From: Amoebophrya sp. A120
Lineage: Eukaryota; Protista; Dinoflagellata
Direction: 5' to 3'
Assembly: GCA_905178155.1 (NCBI GenBank)
Contig: CAJINV010000012.1
Location: forward strand, 1,306,492-1,370,491
DNA length: 64,000 bases
Program-made: the position numbers and the translations under genes
The notes under the pieces: model-generated
Databases searched by the model: none
What the model was told of the DNA's origin: nothing
What the model saw: the letters and a program-made list of their open reading frames with translations, nothing else
In this document: positions 1 through 11,814 of the stretch, piece after piece
Layout: each line of letters opens with the position of its first letter
How positions within the stretch are numbered: position 1 is the first letter of the stretch

Positions 1-3000
1 ACTTTTCTCTGCAACTCTTTCTCTAGCGCTTCGAGTCTGCTCTTCCGCTCCTTGATTTCCGCGACGCAGCGATTGGATTCCGCTTCGATTTTGGGCAACG
101 TCTGCTTCAGTTCTGCAACTTCTGATCTCCGTCATGCAATACAAACACCTGACGGCGGCCCCCTCTGCCGAGATAGTTTTCAGGGGGTCAGGATGTTGCC
201 CGATCAAATTTCTTGTCAACATCTTCTTGCGAAAAATGAGTAATCATGCAGTGTCTACTTCACTATACATGATGCGGTTGTGTTTTATTTAGTACCATGT
301 CAAAGATAACATCCGCGCATATGTTCAGCAGGTGGAAGAGCCGCGCAAGTGCATGACATAAGATTTTGTCGACCTCGAGTTCCTCTTCCTCCCATTCCTT
401 CTGCTTTTCCGCAAAACAAGTCTTCGATTCCTCCAGCTGATCCGCAAACTCATTCAGCTCGTTCTCCGTTTTATCCCACAGAAAAAAGCTCCGAGTAAGA
501 AGGCCCCATCAAATTTGATGTATGCGCAAAAACGACAAGCATCTGTTTCCATACATGGATGCCTGTACCCACAGCAACAGCATACTATACCCCTGTTTAG
601 AGCAAGCACAACGTAATACGCGAGACAGATGAGATTGTCTTGTAGTGTGTAAAGCAGTGGATAATTTGCTTACAGAACTAGTGGCTCTTGTCGTTCTACG
701 AGCTTCTTTCTTCCCTCGGATACTTTTCCTGGTACACTGCCAGCGTGTGCAGAAATTCTTTTTCCTCATTTATGCAAAGGAAAAATCCCCCCTCCCCATA
801 TCAAAATGGAAATTTCTGATGCTGATGCGCATACACAAATCCGATTTGTCTTGCAGTAAGGCACTCCGGCCAGATCCGCAGCCTAGGTGGGAGCGCTCGT
901 CAGGTCTAGTTGTTCAGCATTGCAAATGGCTACCGTCTAGGACCAACAGCATGCCAAATCGCGTCACAATTGGGCGGATGCCTCTGCACTTGTCTTTTTG
1001 CAAGACAAACCTGATTTGTGCTCGCAAATCAGCAACACAATAAATTTTTGGAAACATATCTTTTAATATGGGGAGGGGGGATTTTTCCTCTCAATATCAT
1101 TTAAAAGCTGGACCCGCTCCCGCGCTAGGTACGCGGAGTTCGCGCAGACACACAACTTCAGCTTCTGCTGAATTCGCGACTTCAAGCGCTTCGGCTGCGG
1201 TGGCTGCTCGTCCGGCTGCTGGTAGTAATGGTTCCCAGGTGCTGCCACGGAAGAGGTCGGCTTGCTTTTGCAACTGGTTGGCGAATGGTAGACATTGTAG
1301 TGGTTTTTGTGCTGATGCCTTTGCTGTCTGTAGTGTTGTATCCCGTGCAAAAGCCCTCCCCTCTCGCTCTCCTGTCTGATAATTTTAAATAAAAAAAATA
1401 CGCGCACTCAAGTCCTTAAAATGCTCCTCGTGGGGCTGTGCATTATGAGACCCACAATTTGCACACTCATTTATACACGATAAAAATTTCCAGCACAACC
1501 ACAGGGTAGCGAGAAGAGTAGTGTTTGCACAGCGTATCCTCCAGTCCAAAGTTGCTTTGCGAAGTGGGAGATGAAGAACAGGCGAAAGAGTTCTCTCCTG
1601 CCGCTGGTGACTTTGGTGTCCAACCTCCGCGAACGCGACAGCTTGGCGTCTGGCCGCCACCCGGCTGCCCGAGCTGGTACAGAGGTTTCCGCGCGGAGGA
1701 CTGCAAGTGTGGGTTCGTTCGTTTCATCCCCGACGCGGCTAGTGCAGCACTGGTGCCCGCAAGAACCTGGCGAGCAGTGGAATCGGCTGTTATTGCATCC
1801 TCGTGGTGCGCCGCCGGTCGGGCTGTGCCACCGTCGGTGGTCGAGGCGAGCTGGAGCTGCTCGGTGGATAACTTTCTGCTTGCACCACCCCCGTAGTTTG
1901 TCCCCGAACTCGAAACAACGGAGCTGCTACTCGCGGATGAGGACGCAGGACCGCAGAGCGTCGATTATGAGAGTGCGCAAGTCCCCCTCCCCCTCATTTG
2001 AGTTGCATGAACAGCAACGCAAGCACTGCCAAAGATGCAGCTTTTGCATGGCAAATTCCTAGAAGATTGTAAGTAGTGCTGTTCTGGATTCCGGAATCTG
2101 TCATGCAAATAGTGCTAATTAGGCAAAGGGTAGATTTGGAATCTTGCATGACAAACGAGGGGGAGGGGGAGTTGTGCACTGTCATATCGATCGCCCGGTG
2201 TTCAGAAAGCTTGCGTTGGTTGAGATGCGCGTGCTTGCGGTGGATATGAACTGCAAAAGCATCCTCGTACTAGTGGTAATCGCATTACAAATTGGCTCAG
2301 CATGACAGATGCAATTTGTCATTCTGATTTACCTTGGGAAGAAGATTTGTCATGCTCATCATGCATGGTTGCGATTACAAGAAAGAGTACTACGATACTT
2401 CTGCACTTGATAGTGGAAAGGGTGCTGCGATTCAAGTCTGGCACTGCGGGTCTCGATGTACTTCTTTTCGTCCCGGGGGAAGCACAAAACGCGTAGAACT
2501 CGCGGGGGGGAAGACCACCACTGCGGTGACCTTGTTGTGCCTGTGCGGCGGGCAACTTTGATGTTCTTGTTGTACTGGAATTTTTATTTTTCCAGTTGTT
2601 ATTTACCACCGGCGCCCGATCTTCTGAAGTAGATGTTTCCACCCTCGACGTGGCAAATGATCCACTGTCTCGCGGCTCTCGTGAAGAATGGCCGTGAAGT
2701 AGACGTTCTTGTGCAACTTCTTCCGGCGGAAAAAATCCGCCACCCTCCTGTTGCCGCACCACGAGCCGGCTCCTGGGCCGAGTCGTTGGTACAACAACTT
2801 GTCGAGACGACGACGACCCCGGCGCTGCAGCACCTTCTGCGATGTTGTTTTGCCCCCGGATTCGTGCCCGTGCGTGGCTTGTTTCGTCAAAGTGGAAGCC
2901 AGTGGGTTGTGGGGAGAAGGACTGGTCCTCATCCTGTTTCGGGGTTACAGGAGACAGATCTAGGGCAACCACGCCGTCTTCTGCAGCTTCTTCTTCGGAT

Positions 3001-4623
3001 GAATCAGCAGCATAGTTGCGATCAGCAGTTCTTCCCTTCTGTTCGCCTTCATCTGAAGACTCGTTGTACTGCTCCTTCTCTTCCAACCAGCCCCACTTAC
3101 TGTTCTCCGTAGGCAGCTGCTGCTCATGATCCTGGTCATGATGATGACTAACATGATGATCATGATCTCGACGTTTTTTACACGATGGCGCAACTGAAGC
3201 ACGACAGGCGGCTTCAGCAAAGAAAGAGGACGAGCTACTGCAGCTTTTAGTACCAGTTCCAACACCAATCCGTGGTCTGCCTGAACAACCCGCAGACCGT
3301 GGCTGTGTTGATGCTGTCCTTGCCGCATTTATTAATCTTTCGGTGTTGCTGGTGGTATTTCTAGAACATCCTGCTCTTCTACTCCCACGATCGACAAGGC
3401 AAGAGTCTGCAGATGAAAAACCGGCCCTCACCCCGTCCCTGCATCGAGCCTGCTCGTGGTCCTCCACATGATTGTTCTCGTCGTCGTTTTTTACTCTGCT
3501 CTGACAGCTGGACCCATTTTGGTGCGAGCGAAGCGCCCGATTTACCTCCCGCAATTGGTCGCTGGTGTCGCTCCGGCCCGTATCAGAAGAGGTTCCTTCT
3601 TCACTGGCGCCACTACAACTTCCTTCTTCATCTTCATACGCGGAAGGAGAGAGAAGGGCATGTTGTAGTTGATCTCCATCTTCTAGTACTTCTCCTGCTG
3701 CTGCACTATCTAGTACTTCACTGTCGCCGTTGCTGTTGTAGTACCCATAATTTTCCTCCTCCTCCTCCATCTCTTCGCCACTTCTACCGGTCTGATCTGA
3801 ACACGCTCCGCCGCTTCTACTTCTCTCCACACGTCCACCACCGGAATTATCTCCTTCAGAAGACGCGGAGGATGCGACTGAAGAATCCGCGGACTTGCAG
3901 CTTTATCCTGTGCAAAAGTATCGCACTCGTATAAATGCAAGTCTTGCATTACAAATTTTTTTCTTAAGCTAAATCCGCATGATTTCTCATGCTGAGGAAA
4001 TTTGTAATGCGTTTATACGAGTATGATCCTTTTGCAGTTCATAAGCTTCGACTCCTCGTCGCACCTCTTCTGGCACCAGGAGAACAAGTCCTTTTGGAAC
4101 TAGAAGTCTCACGAGGTGGACCTCCTCCCCTCGCCACGCCGGCCGGAGCGTCGCTCGCTGCATAATTTTCTACTGCTTCAACATCTTCGGAGTTGCTGTT
4201 GTATGAAAATGAATCTGATTCGCTTGCTGCCTCGTCCTCCGCTAGCTGCGGTCCATTTTCAGCGTCTTCAGAGGACGACGACGTGCTGTCCTCGACAGGA
4301 ATGTTTTTCCTCCACGAGGAGGAAGAGGACGATGAGGAAAATCCACGACGCAGTCCTGACCGTGCAAGTTCTCGCTCCTGCTGTGATGTAGAACAAGTAC
4401 CGCCTGTTGTAGAAGTATAGGACCCTTGTCCTGCTCGTGCAGCTGCTGTGCCGGAGGCTGCAACGAGCAGCCCGCCGGGCTTGTACAAGTTGTGATTCCG
4501 TTTCGACACCGTTCCAGCATGATTCTGATTCTCCACCACAGCTGCACCGGACGAGCGCATGATGTTTTGAATGCTTGTCCGGTAGAACCGACCTGTATCT
4601 TCGCGGGCGGCGGAGGTTATCAT
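1..4623 (-). CDS. Large low-complexity protein with C-terminal coiled coil; multi-exon, runs off the left edge
   Basis: ORFs 4039-4623, 2319-3830, 1467-1727 and 1063-1407 join after removing elements 3904-4043, 2245-2412, 1966-2186, 771-1096 and 472-722 (e.g. QLLNEEKEFLHTLAVYQE-ENELNEFADQLEE). Bases 1-130 read AELKQTLPKIEAESNRCVAEIKERKSRLEALEKELQRK. The junction near 1380-1526 is unresolved and the start could be fused to the upstream gene. Confidence 0.6.
472..722. mobile_element. Introner, family C2
   Basis: TATCCCACAGAAAAAAGCT...CTCGGATA; TSD CGTTT/CTTTT; frame restored. Confidence 0.75.
771..1096. mobile_element. Introner, family B (TIR core GAAAAATCCCCCCTCCCCATAT)
   Basis: TA...TA ends, TSD TCATT, frame restored. 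Confidence 0.9.
1966..2186. mobile_element. Introner, family D (TIR TATGACAGTGCACAACTCCCCCTCCCCCTC)
   Basis: TSD TCGAT, frame restored. Confidence 0.9.
2245..2412. mobile_element. Introner, family E (TIR core TGCAAAAGYATCG)
   Basis: TSD GTGGA, frame restored. Confidence 0.85.
3904..4043. mobile_element. Introner, family E
   Basis: TSD AGCTT. Confidence 0.85.
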
Positions 4624-5444
4624 CCTGTCCTGTGGAAAAATTCTGCAAATCTTACATCAAGAAGCAATAAGGTCGTCGTCGTCGTCGTCCTTTACATTGG
4701 TCAAAAAACTAGGACAATGACTGGCAGTGCTAGGCAGGCACCTTTCACTGCTCGCTTTCTTGTGGTCGTGCCACTTTCTAGTCCTCGGCTAGATTTAAAG
4801 TCAAAGTCTGGTGTTAATGTTATTCCCTTGAAGTGACACAAATAAAATGTTCCGCGGCACAAACCTTGCCGTAGCGAAATCACGTGGGCGTCCAATCGAA
4901 AAACAAAAAACCTGCTGCTTTGGCCGGCGTCACTTCGACGACTTACGAAATCGCTTCTCTCAAGACTTGTTGACCTGCCTCCACGAAATTTGGCGGGTCT
5001 ACAAAAGACTCGATGACAACCTAAACGGTAAAGCTAAAGTCTGTGCTCGCGCAGATTTCTAAAAGGCGTTTTTTTTACTCGATGCGGAACGTCGGAGGCG
5101 TTCTCACGCACGACCACAAAGAACAGAACACAAGAACTTTCCTCGTGGAAAGGACATAGAAAAATCATGCTCGTTCGTGTCAATTTCCTTCGTTGCAGAA
5201 GCCAACGAAATGTAGGAGAAAAAAGCACTGCATGTACTTGGTTCTTGCCCTGCGTCATGAATGTCGACGACCGCGTCAGAAGTTTGAAAGACACATATAC
5301 ACTCCCTACAATCAAAAAGTCAAAATCGGTTCGCTGTATCGGAATTTCTCTACTTAGTAGTTCTAACGATTGGTAGCTTGCAATACAACCCACTTCATTA
5401 AGGCAAGGAATCCGCGCTCTTCGCACATGCTTCAGAATAACTTC

Positions 5445-8400
5445 TTACCTTGCACCGTTTGCCGGCGACAAGTTCGCCAGGAATCCTTCCAGCAGAGCCG
5501 AAACAGAGGGTAAGTTCGTCGCCTTTTCGATGTTTGTCAACAACTCGGAAACCGCACCCTCGACATCCGAAGCATCTTCAGAAGGTCCAGCTAGTATCCC
5601 CGCCGACGTGAGAAAGGTACCAGTATTTTCAGTTCCATCCTGCTGCTTCCCCGAAAAACAACTGCTGCTCGACTGCTTCTTTGCCAGGGCCTTCTGCAAT
5701 TTTTTCACTACCTCCTTATGCTCTTTGGTCAGCGCGTGCTTGTTATTCAAAGCCCGCATGACTCTCCCCGACAGCCTTCGACTGCACGCTTCGGGCGTTT
5801 CCCGGAGGGGAGCAGTGGCTACTTGTACTCCGGTCGTGGACAGTTGTTCACTACCCCCTACTGCAAAATTCCCGGCAAACAGATTTTTGCCAGGACGTGC
5901 GCTCGATGATGAAGTAGTTTTTGCGCTCCCGTAGCTCTCTTTCGGCGGCACTCCACCGCGAGAAGTAGCTACCGCGGATCCTACTGGGGTGCTCGCTACG
6001 GAAGTTGCTGGCGTTCCGGTTCCGCCGGGGGTTCTGCTTTTGGCACTCGGGAGCTCCACACCCAGGGGGAGGGTTATCGTCCCTTCATTCGAAGTACTAC
6101 ATCTTCCCGGAGTGGAAGTAGACGTTGTAAAGATGTCATTGCTTCTTGACCACGCGGTGTCAGCACTACTTGGAAATACAAGCATTCCGGAAGGAGAAAT
6201 AGAACTGCTCACCACGGATGTGCTGGTGCTGGGTATCTCGGTTGTACTCGCCGCAGTAGAACTGGAAGCACTACTGGATGCCGGGGGCTCCTTTATTTGC
6301 GACACAACTTCTTGTTCCACCCTGCTGGCTCCACTAAGGTTTGCCACAGTTTCATCCACCTTCTCAGCAACGACTTCCCGCAGCTCCACTTTCGTCCCTG
6401 GAATGAGGTGAATTAAAGGTTTTACTTTTGATACTACACCTTCCGAATTTCTTCTCTGTTGTAACCGCTCGCCATCATAGTGCCGCTTCTTCTGCTTCGC
6501 TAGCGCCAACATAGACAGTTTCCCGATCACCACGTACTTCCACCACTGGCTTCTCACCTGCAGGAAGGCGTCTCGGTATTCCTTGTCGGCTTCAAAACGG
6601 TCCCGCTGCACAAATTGCACATTGTTCACGTTCAAGGAGACACAGGTATCGTGATCATCGTCCTCGTCGTGGTGATCCTCTTCATTCGCACCATCTGTCG
6701 AACAAATAGTTTTACTGCTGTTCTTATTTCCTGGTGCAGTTCCACCACTAGACTTCGACGTCGTGGTCTTCTTCACGACTGCAGCGCTTCTGTTGTTCAC
6801 AGCGCCAGAAATCGTCGTGGACGTCGCTGTCGTGCTAGCATCAGCAATCGCTTGTTTCTCAACATCAGCGACCGCTGGAGCGGGCCGCGTCACAACTGGC
6901 AGCTCGCGGCCAAAGTAGCTGAAAATCTCCCCGTTGACGCACATCAGCACGATCTCCAGTTGCGATACCAAAGTGGAAGTGGAACGACAGACAGGAGAGG
7001 TCGACAAAGACGTCGTGGAAGTACTATAATTATTTTGGGCCAAATTTGTGCTTGTTGTACTAGACGCACTAGGAACAACATCTCCACCTTCCACAGCTCC
7101 TCCTTCCCTTCGCCCCAAACTGGTCGGAATTCCCTCCTGCAGCACGTACTTTATCGTAAGGAAAAAGCCCCCCTCCCCATAATGAAAACGCATGCGCGCG
7201 TGGCGCAGATTTGTGACCACAAATCCTGTTTGTCTTGCAAGAAAGCAAATCTAGAGAGTCCGCTGCACTATGTAGGCGGTTTGTGATGCTGTTGGGCCTA
7301 CAGCATAGACGTTTGCCATGCTAGGCACCTACGTCAAAACCTCTCGCCTCAGGCTCGGCATATGCCTGCAGTCCTCTACTGCAAGACAAATGTGATTTGT
7401 GTACCCAAATCTAGCATCAGAAGTTTCGTTTTGATATGGGGAGGGGCGATTTTTCCTTTTGATATACTTCGGCGCCAGACAGACTTTGTTCCGCGGCCGC
7501 AGGATCTTCCGGTGCTGGTTGGTCATTTTCACACGATGTTGCAATACATAACTGCCGTAAAAGTTGTTTCCGAAGGTGCACAGGGAGGAGGATGGGACAG
7601 CGGGTTCTACTACCCGGCGGCCTTTGCTCTCGTCGGTGCAACCTCTACTAGTACTTCCTGTGGACGTTTTCGACGTACTCGAATCCGCAGGACCTCCTCC
7701 TACGTCTGGCGCAGCTACACCGCCCCGCCCATCTGCTCGTCCTACTTCTACCAAGTCCTCCGGCCCGAACACGCAGAGCCCGATGCCATTACAGCCATTG
7801 TCGTCCTTGATGAAAACTTTTTTCCACGGTGTCTGCGTCGACGACGGCGCCCGTGCTGTTCCACCCTTGTTCGATGCCATCGTGACCAGCTTCTCTCCGA
7901 CAAAAAACGCCAATTGGTCTGAACAATATTGCGCGTTCGCGGGGAGCAACTCGAACCTAGCCTCCAGATCGGTGTATGACAGTGCACAACTCGCCCTCCC
8001 CCTCATTTGTATTGCAGGAACGGCAGTACAAGCACGAGCAAGAATGCCGGTTTTGCATGACAAATTTGGACAAGAGTGTAGTGCTATGTATTTGGGCTGC
8101 CAGAACTTGTCACGCAAACAGTGCTCAGAGGCACAGTCTGGATTTGGGATTTTGCATGACAAATGCGGGGGAGGGGGAGTTGTGCGCTGTCATACGGTGG
8201 TTTCGTGGAGCAGAAGCGGTGCGGGACGCGGGTGGTTCGTCGGTTGATGTGCGGGATCACCCGGAGCACCTAAGTAGGCACGAGAACCCGGCGCTTTTCC
8301 CTCGCAAACCGACCCCTGTGGCTCCTGAGCAGCCCCATTTAACATTGCTACTTCGTCCACCTCCCTTTGCTCACCGGGCTGCTCAACATCTTCCGTCTCG

Positions 8401-10818
8401 GTAGTGCTGCTGCTCTCGGCTTGCGACGCGATTCTCCTTGAAAAGGCGTCCGCGAAGAACCGATTTTTCTCGAAAAGCCGCAGCTCTTCCAGCCAGGCGT
8501 GGATGTACGTGTAGACTTCGTGCTTGCAGTAGGAATTGTACAGTTCCGGGTCGTGTTCGTCTGGCGCGATCGCTTTAATGTTCTTCTGCCGCTGACCTAA
8601 TGGTGTTTCTACTGATTCGTCCGCGCGAGGACGACCATCTTCTACCTCTTCCACGGCTGCCAAGTCCGAAGGGTAGGACGTGTTCAGAATGTTGAAGACA
8701 TGATTTTCGCGACCTACAAGCGGGTGTAGAGAAGAAGAACTGGCTTGTGCTGGAACAACAAGATCTTGGGGTTCACAGACGGAGTCCTCTCCTTCCACGC
8801 CTCCAACTGCTCGATTGACGAACTGCTTCAGCGCTTTCAGGTGCGCGTAGTACGGATGCTGCTCCTGCGCCAGACCACCAGAGGGTAGAAGTTGTACTGG
8901 TGCGTCTTCTTGTTCGTCGACTTTCATCACTCCTGCATGTTTATCATTTCCCTGCTCAAGTTGTGCTCGTCTTGCAGGAGCTTCTGAACTTGAACTACAA
9001 CTCTCCCCACAATTATCCTGCACCTGTTCGGACGGTCCGACGCCGGCCTTAAGGTAGTCCTCTTCCACAATGTGAACGTGGACCATCTTCTTTTTCTGCA
9101 GCTCTGGACGTGGACATGGACAAGTTTGTCAGGTGAGTGCTCTTCTTGCTCTGTAGCTACCGGCGTTGGGTAGGCTTTTCTAGCTAGTTCGAAACTCAAA
9201 ATCCAAATGATTCATACTCTACTGGGCCTGTTCCTATCCTAGCCATGCGAACGGTCGCAGCAGCTTTGCTTCCGTTTCCTAGCCGTTCCGACCGCTCGCT
9301 GCGTCGTTCTTCCTCGGGCTGCCTACGTCGCCCGCTGTCCTGTTGCTGCTTGCTTGCCAGCCTGCTACTGACTGGATCTGTTTGCTACCTCGCCGCGTGG
9401 GTTGCGTGATTTGCCTTCATGGTTCTAGCCTACTAATGGCTCTACTTTGCTAGTGGTCTAGTTCTACTTCTACTTATGTGCTGGGCTCATAACTCTGTAA
9501 AGGGAAAATCTGCACTGTCACGCAAACTTCCCACGGAGTACGCAAAACAAACTACGATGGTAGAACAGCTCTGCACATCTATAGTGCCATGACTACTAGT
9601 ACTACTTCTATGCTGTTTGTCTATGTGCCTAACCTAGCTCAAGGGCCCTGGTAGTAAGTAAGTACGTCCATCATGTTGTCTCAGTGTTCGTCTAGTTCTT
9701 CACGCTGTTGCAGCACTAAGGATCTTGGTATGTCAGTCTTCATGTCCTTAGGCTAGTGTCTAGATCTTTGGACTGTTGGAGTGGATCAAGTCTGTACTCT
9801 GTGAGGCTTTAGGTGCATTACAAACTTATCCGTCATACCTTCTGGTAGTCCTCTTCCACAATGTGAAGGTGGACCATCTTCCTTTTCTGCTTCCCCGTCA
9901 CAGGCCAACGGGAAGGACCACTATTGTTCCGCTTTTCGGGATCGAAATTTTTCTTTTTCCCCACGACGCGGTGGCCCACCAAGAAATCGTTGCTATAATT
10001 GGCTCCTGTAGTACTACTACCTGCTTTTATTTCCTCGCAATCGCCCGCATTTCTGTCTTCTTCTATTCTCTGTCTTAAGAGTTTCGCCCCAATTTCGAAA
10101 TCCTTTTCGTACACATTGTTGAACCCCTGAGGATACCGATTCACGTCCACTGCGCAAACCCGCCCGCTTTCCGCCTGCCGGACGTCCACACTGCCCATAA
10201 GCGGTAGAAACGGGCGCAGTTTATCAAAGTGAAAAATCCCCCCTCCCCATATTGCAAAGGTATGACTCCGGAAATTTGAGGGCAAAAATCGCATTTGTCT
10301 TGCAAGAAGACAAGGGAAGTAGCTCCCGCCCCAGTAGGGAAGCGGTTTGTCATGCTGTTGGGCCTAAAGGGGAGCCGTTTGCCCTGCTGAACAACTAGAC
10401 CCATACGCCCCGACCTAGCCTGGGGATCTGGCCGCAGTGCCTACCTGCAATACAAAGCTGATTCGTGTACACAAATCCAGCATCAGAAATCCTGTTTTGA
10501 TATGGGGAGGGGGGATTTTTCCTTTCGATACAGCTTCTCCCTTTCTTCCAAGCGGGTGAAGAAATCCAGCAAATGCGGGGGCACGAGTGCCGGATCAGCA
10601 GCGAGCAGGGACGAGGAGGTTTCTTGCCCTGTGGTTTGAATAGTACTCTCCCCGCTCCTCGGGTGGAGAGCAGGCTCTTGTGCAGCTTCTGGATGCTGGT
10701 GCAGCATTTTTGCTGTATTGATCTGATAAATAATATCAGGGGGCGGCGGTAGTTTTACAGTTAGACGTAGTCGTAAGTCTCCGTCTTCTAGGGCTTCCTT
10801 GTCCTCGTCCTGCGGCAA
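5445..10818 (-). CDS. Glutamate-cysteine ligase-like protein of the ATP-grasp GshA family (PF08886/TIGR02049 type) with long low-complexity insertions and C-terminal extension
   Basis: Ordered motifs after splicing: GSVDVRQ..AVDVNRYPQGFNNV, VFIKDDNGCNGIG, YVLQEGIPT, LEIVLMCVNGEIFSYFGR, SLNVNNVQF, YVVIGKLSMLAL. These resemble the GshA motifs as I recall them (SVDLRN..PVDTNLFP.GFNNL, VKADAGTYGMG, IIQEGV.T, EPVVY, ENLN, YGV.ARLA.LAA). Elements 10222-10530, 7975-8194 and 7152-7464 removed; GT donors at 9838 and ~5448. True start and last exon not fixed. Confidence 0.65.
7152..7464. mobile_element. Introner, family B
   Basis: TSD TACTT; join reads APKYVLQE. Confidence 0.9.
7975..8194. mobile_element. 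Introner, family D
   Basis: TSD CGGTG; join reads HETTDLEAR. Confidence 0.9.
9053..9890. repeat. 47-bp direct repeat pair (9053-9099 and 9844-9890)
   Basis: 45/47 identical; encode MVHVHIVEEDY and MVHLHIVEEDY on the minus strand. Confidence 0.85.
10222..10530. mobile_element. Introner, family B
   Basis: TSD CAGTT/CAGCT; join reads EKLRPF. Confidence 0.9.
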
Positions 10819-11814
10819 AATTCGGAATGATAGCGCTCGCAGTACAAAAAATACGCATTTACCAGAAAGAATACCTACGAAGAAAAAAAGCCACGCTTTG
10901 CAGCGTCAAAAGGCCTCTACACACCGTGTTTCGATTTCGTTAGTTCGGATAAAAAAAGTCGATCCACGATTTAAAAATACAGTGCCTCGATATAAAAGAT
11001 TGTAAAAACCAAAGCAGCTCGTCACAAACGCCAGATTTCAAAATGAGAACCTGGACTGAAGAGAAATTTTACCAGAACTGATGATCGAGTGCGTGCAAAG
11101 ATAACTTTTTCGTTGAACACAACGCACAAGACGGGGCGGAAAACAAACTCCGACCGTTTCTCCGATGGCTGTACGCACTACGGCCCGGGGATGCCAATGG
11201 TGCACAAATTTTGATGATTTTCTTGAAAATATTGTACAAGTTACGTCAACAAATCAAGCGAAAAAAGCGCAGCCCGGAAGCAAGTTGTCAACATGATACT
11301 GTCATTTGTTCCAATCTTGATTTAGGGGAAAAAAGCTACTCTTTCTGGGTACGGAAGGGGACCACGTGCACGGAGCCGAGTTGCCTCAGCTCCGTACTAT
11401 CCCGGAAACAAAGAGAAATAAATGGGGCTATTTCTCAACGAGGGTAGGCTGTTCAAATTTGGTACAATCAGGTCTACGAAAAGTCAAAGTCAACACAGAA
11501 ACAAAAACATCTTACATTCTTGTGGCGCTTTACTTGCTGTCATGAATGTCGTATAGCGGTCATCTTGTCAATCAGCTCAGAAAACAGCACATCATGAAAA
11601 CCGCAACCGCAAGGGCTCATTGAAAATAAATGCAGAAACGGAAGTTCAACCGGCAAAATGTGTACAACAAACCCGCAATCACAAATAGTTTCATGGAAAT
11701 AATAAACTTCTTCAATCATACATCACGACGCATTCCGGTATAATATCACGACGCTCATTCCGGCGTTTTTCAGGATGATTGCAATTGCCCCAAGCTGCGA
11801 CGCAATGCTGACAC

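Noticed and set aside
1380-1526. Possible additional decayed introner
   Set aside because: An intron is needed here, but the TIR is weak and the 4+1 rule gives the wrong frame; left unresolved, and it is a possible exception to the model.
1525-8404. Long plus-strand ORFs overlapping the minus-strand genes (e.g. 6615-7286, 7564-8247)
   Set aside because: Antisense shadows of real exons with no recognisable motifs.
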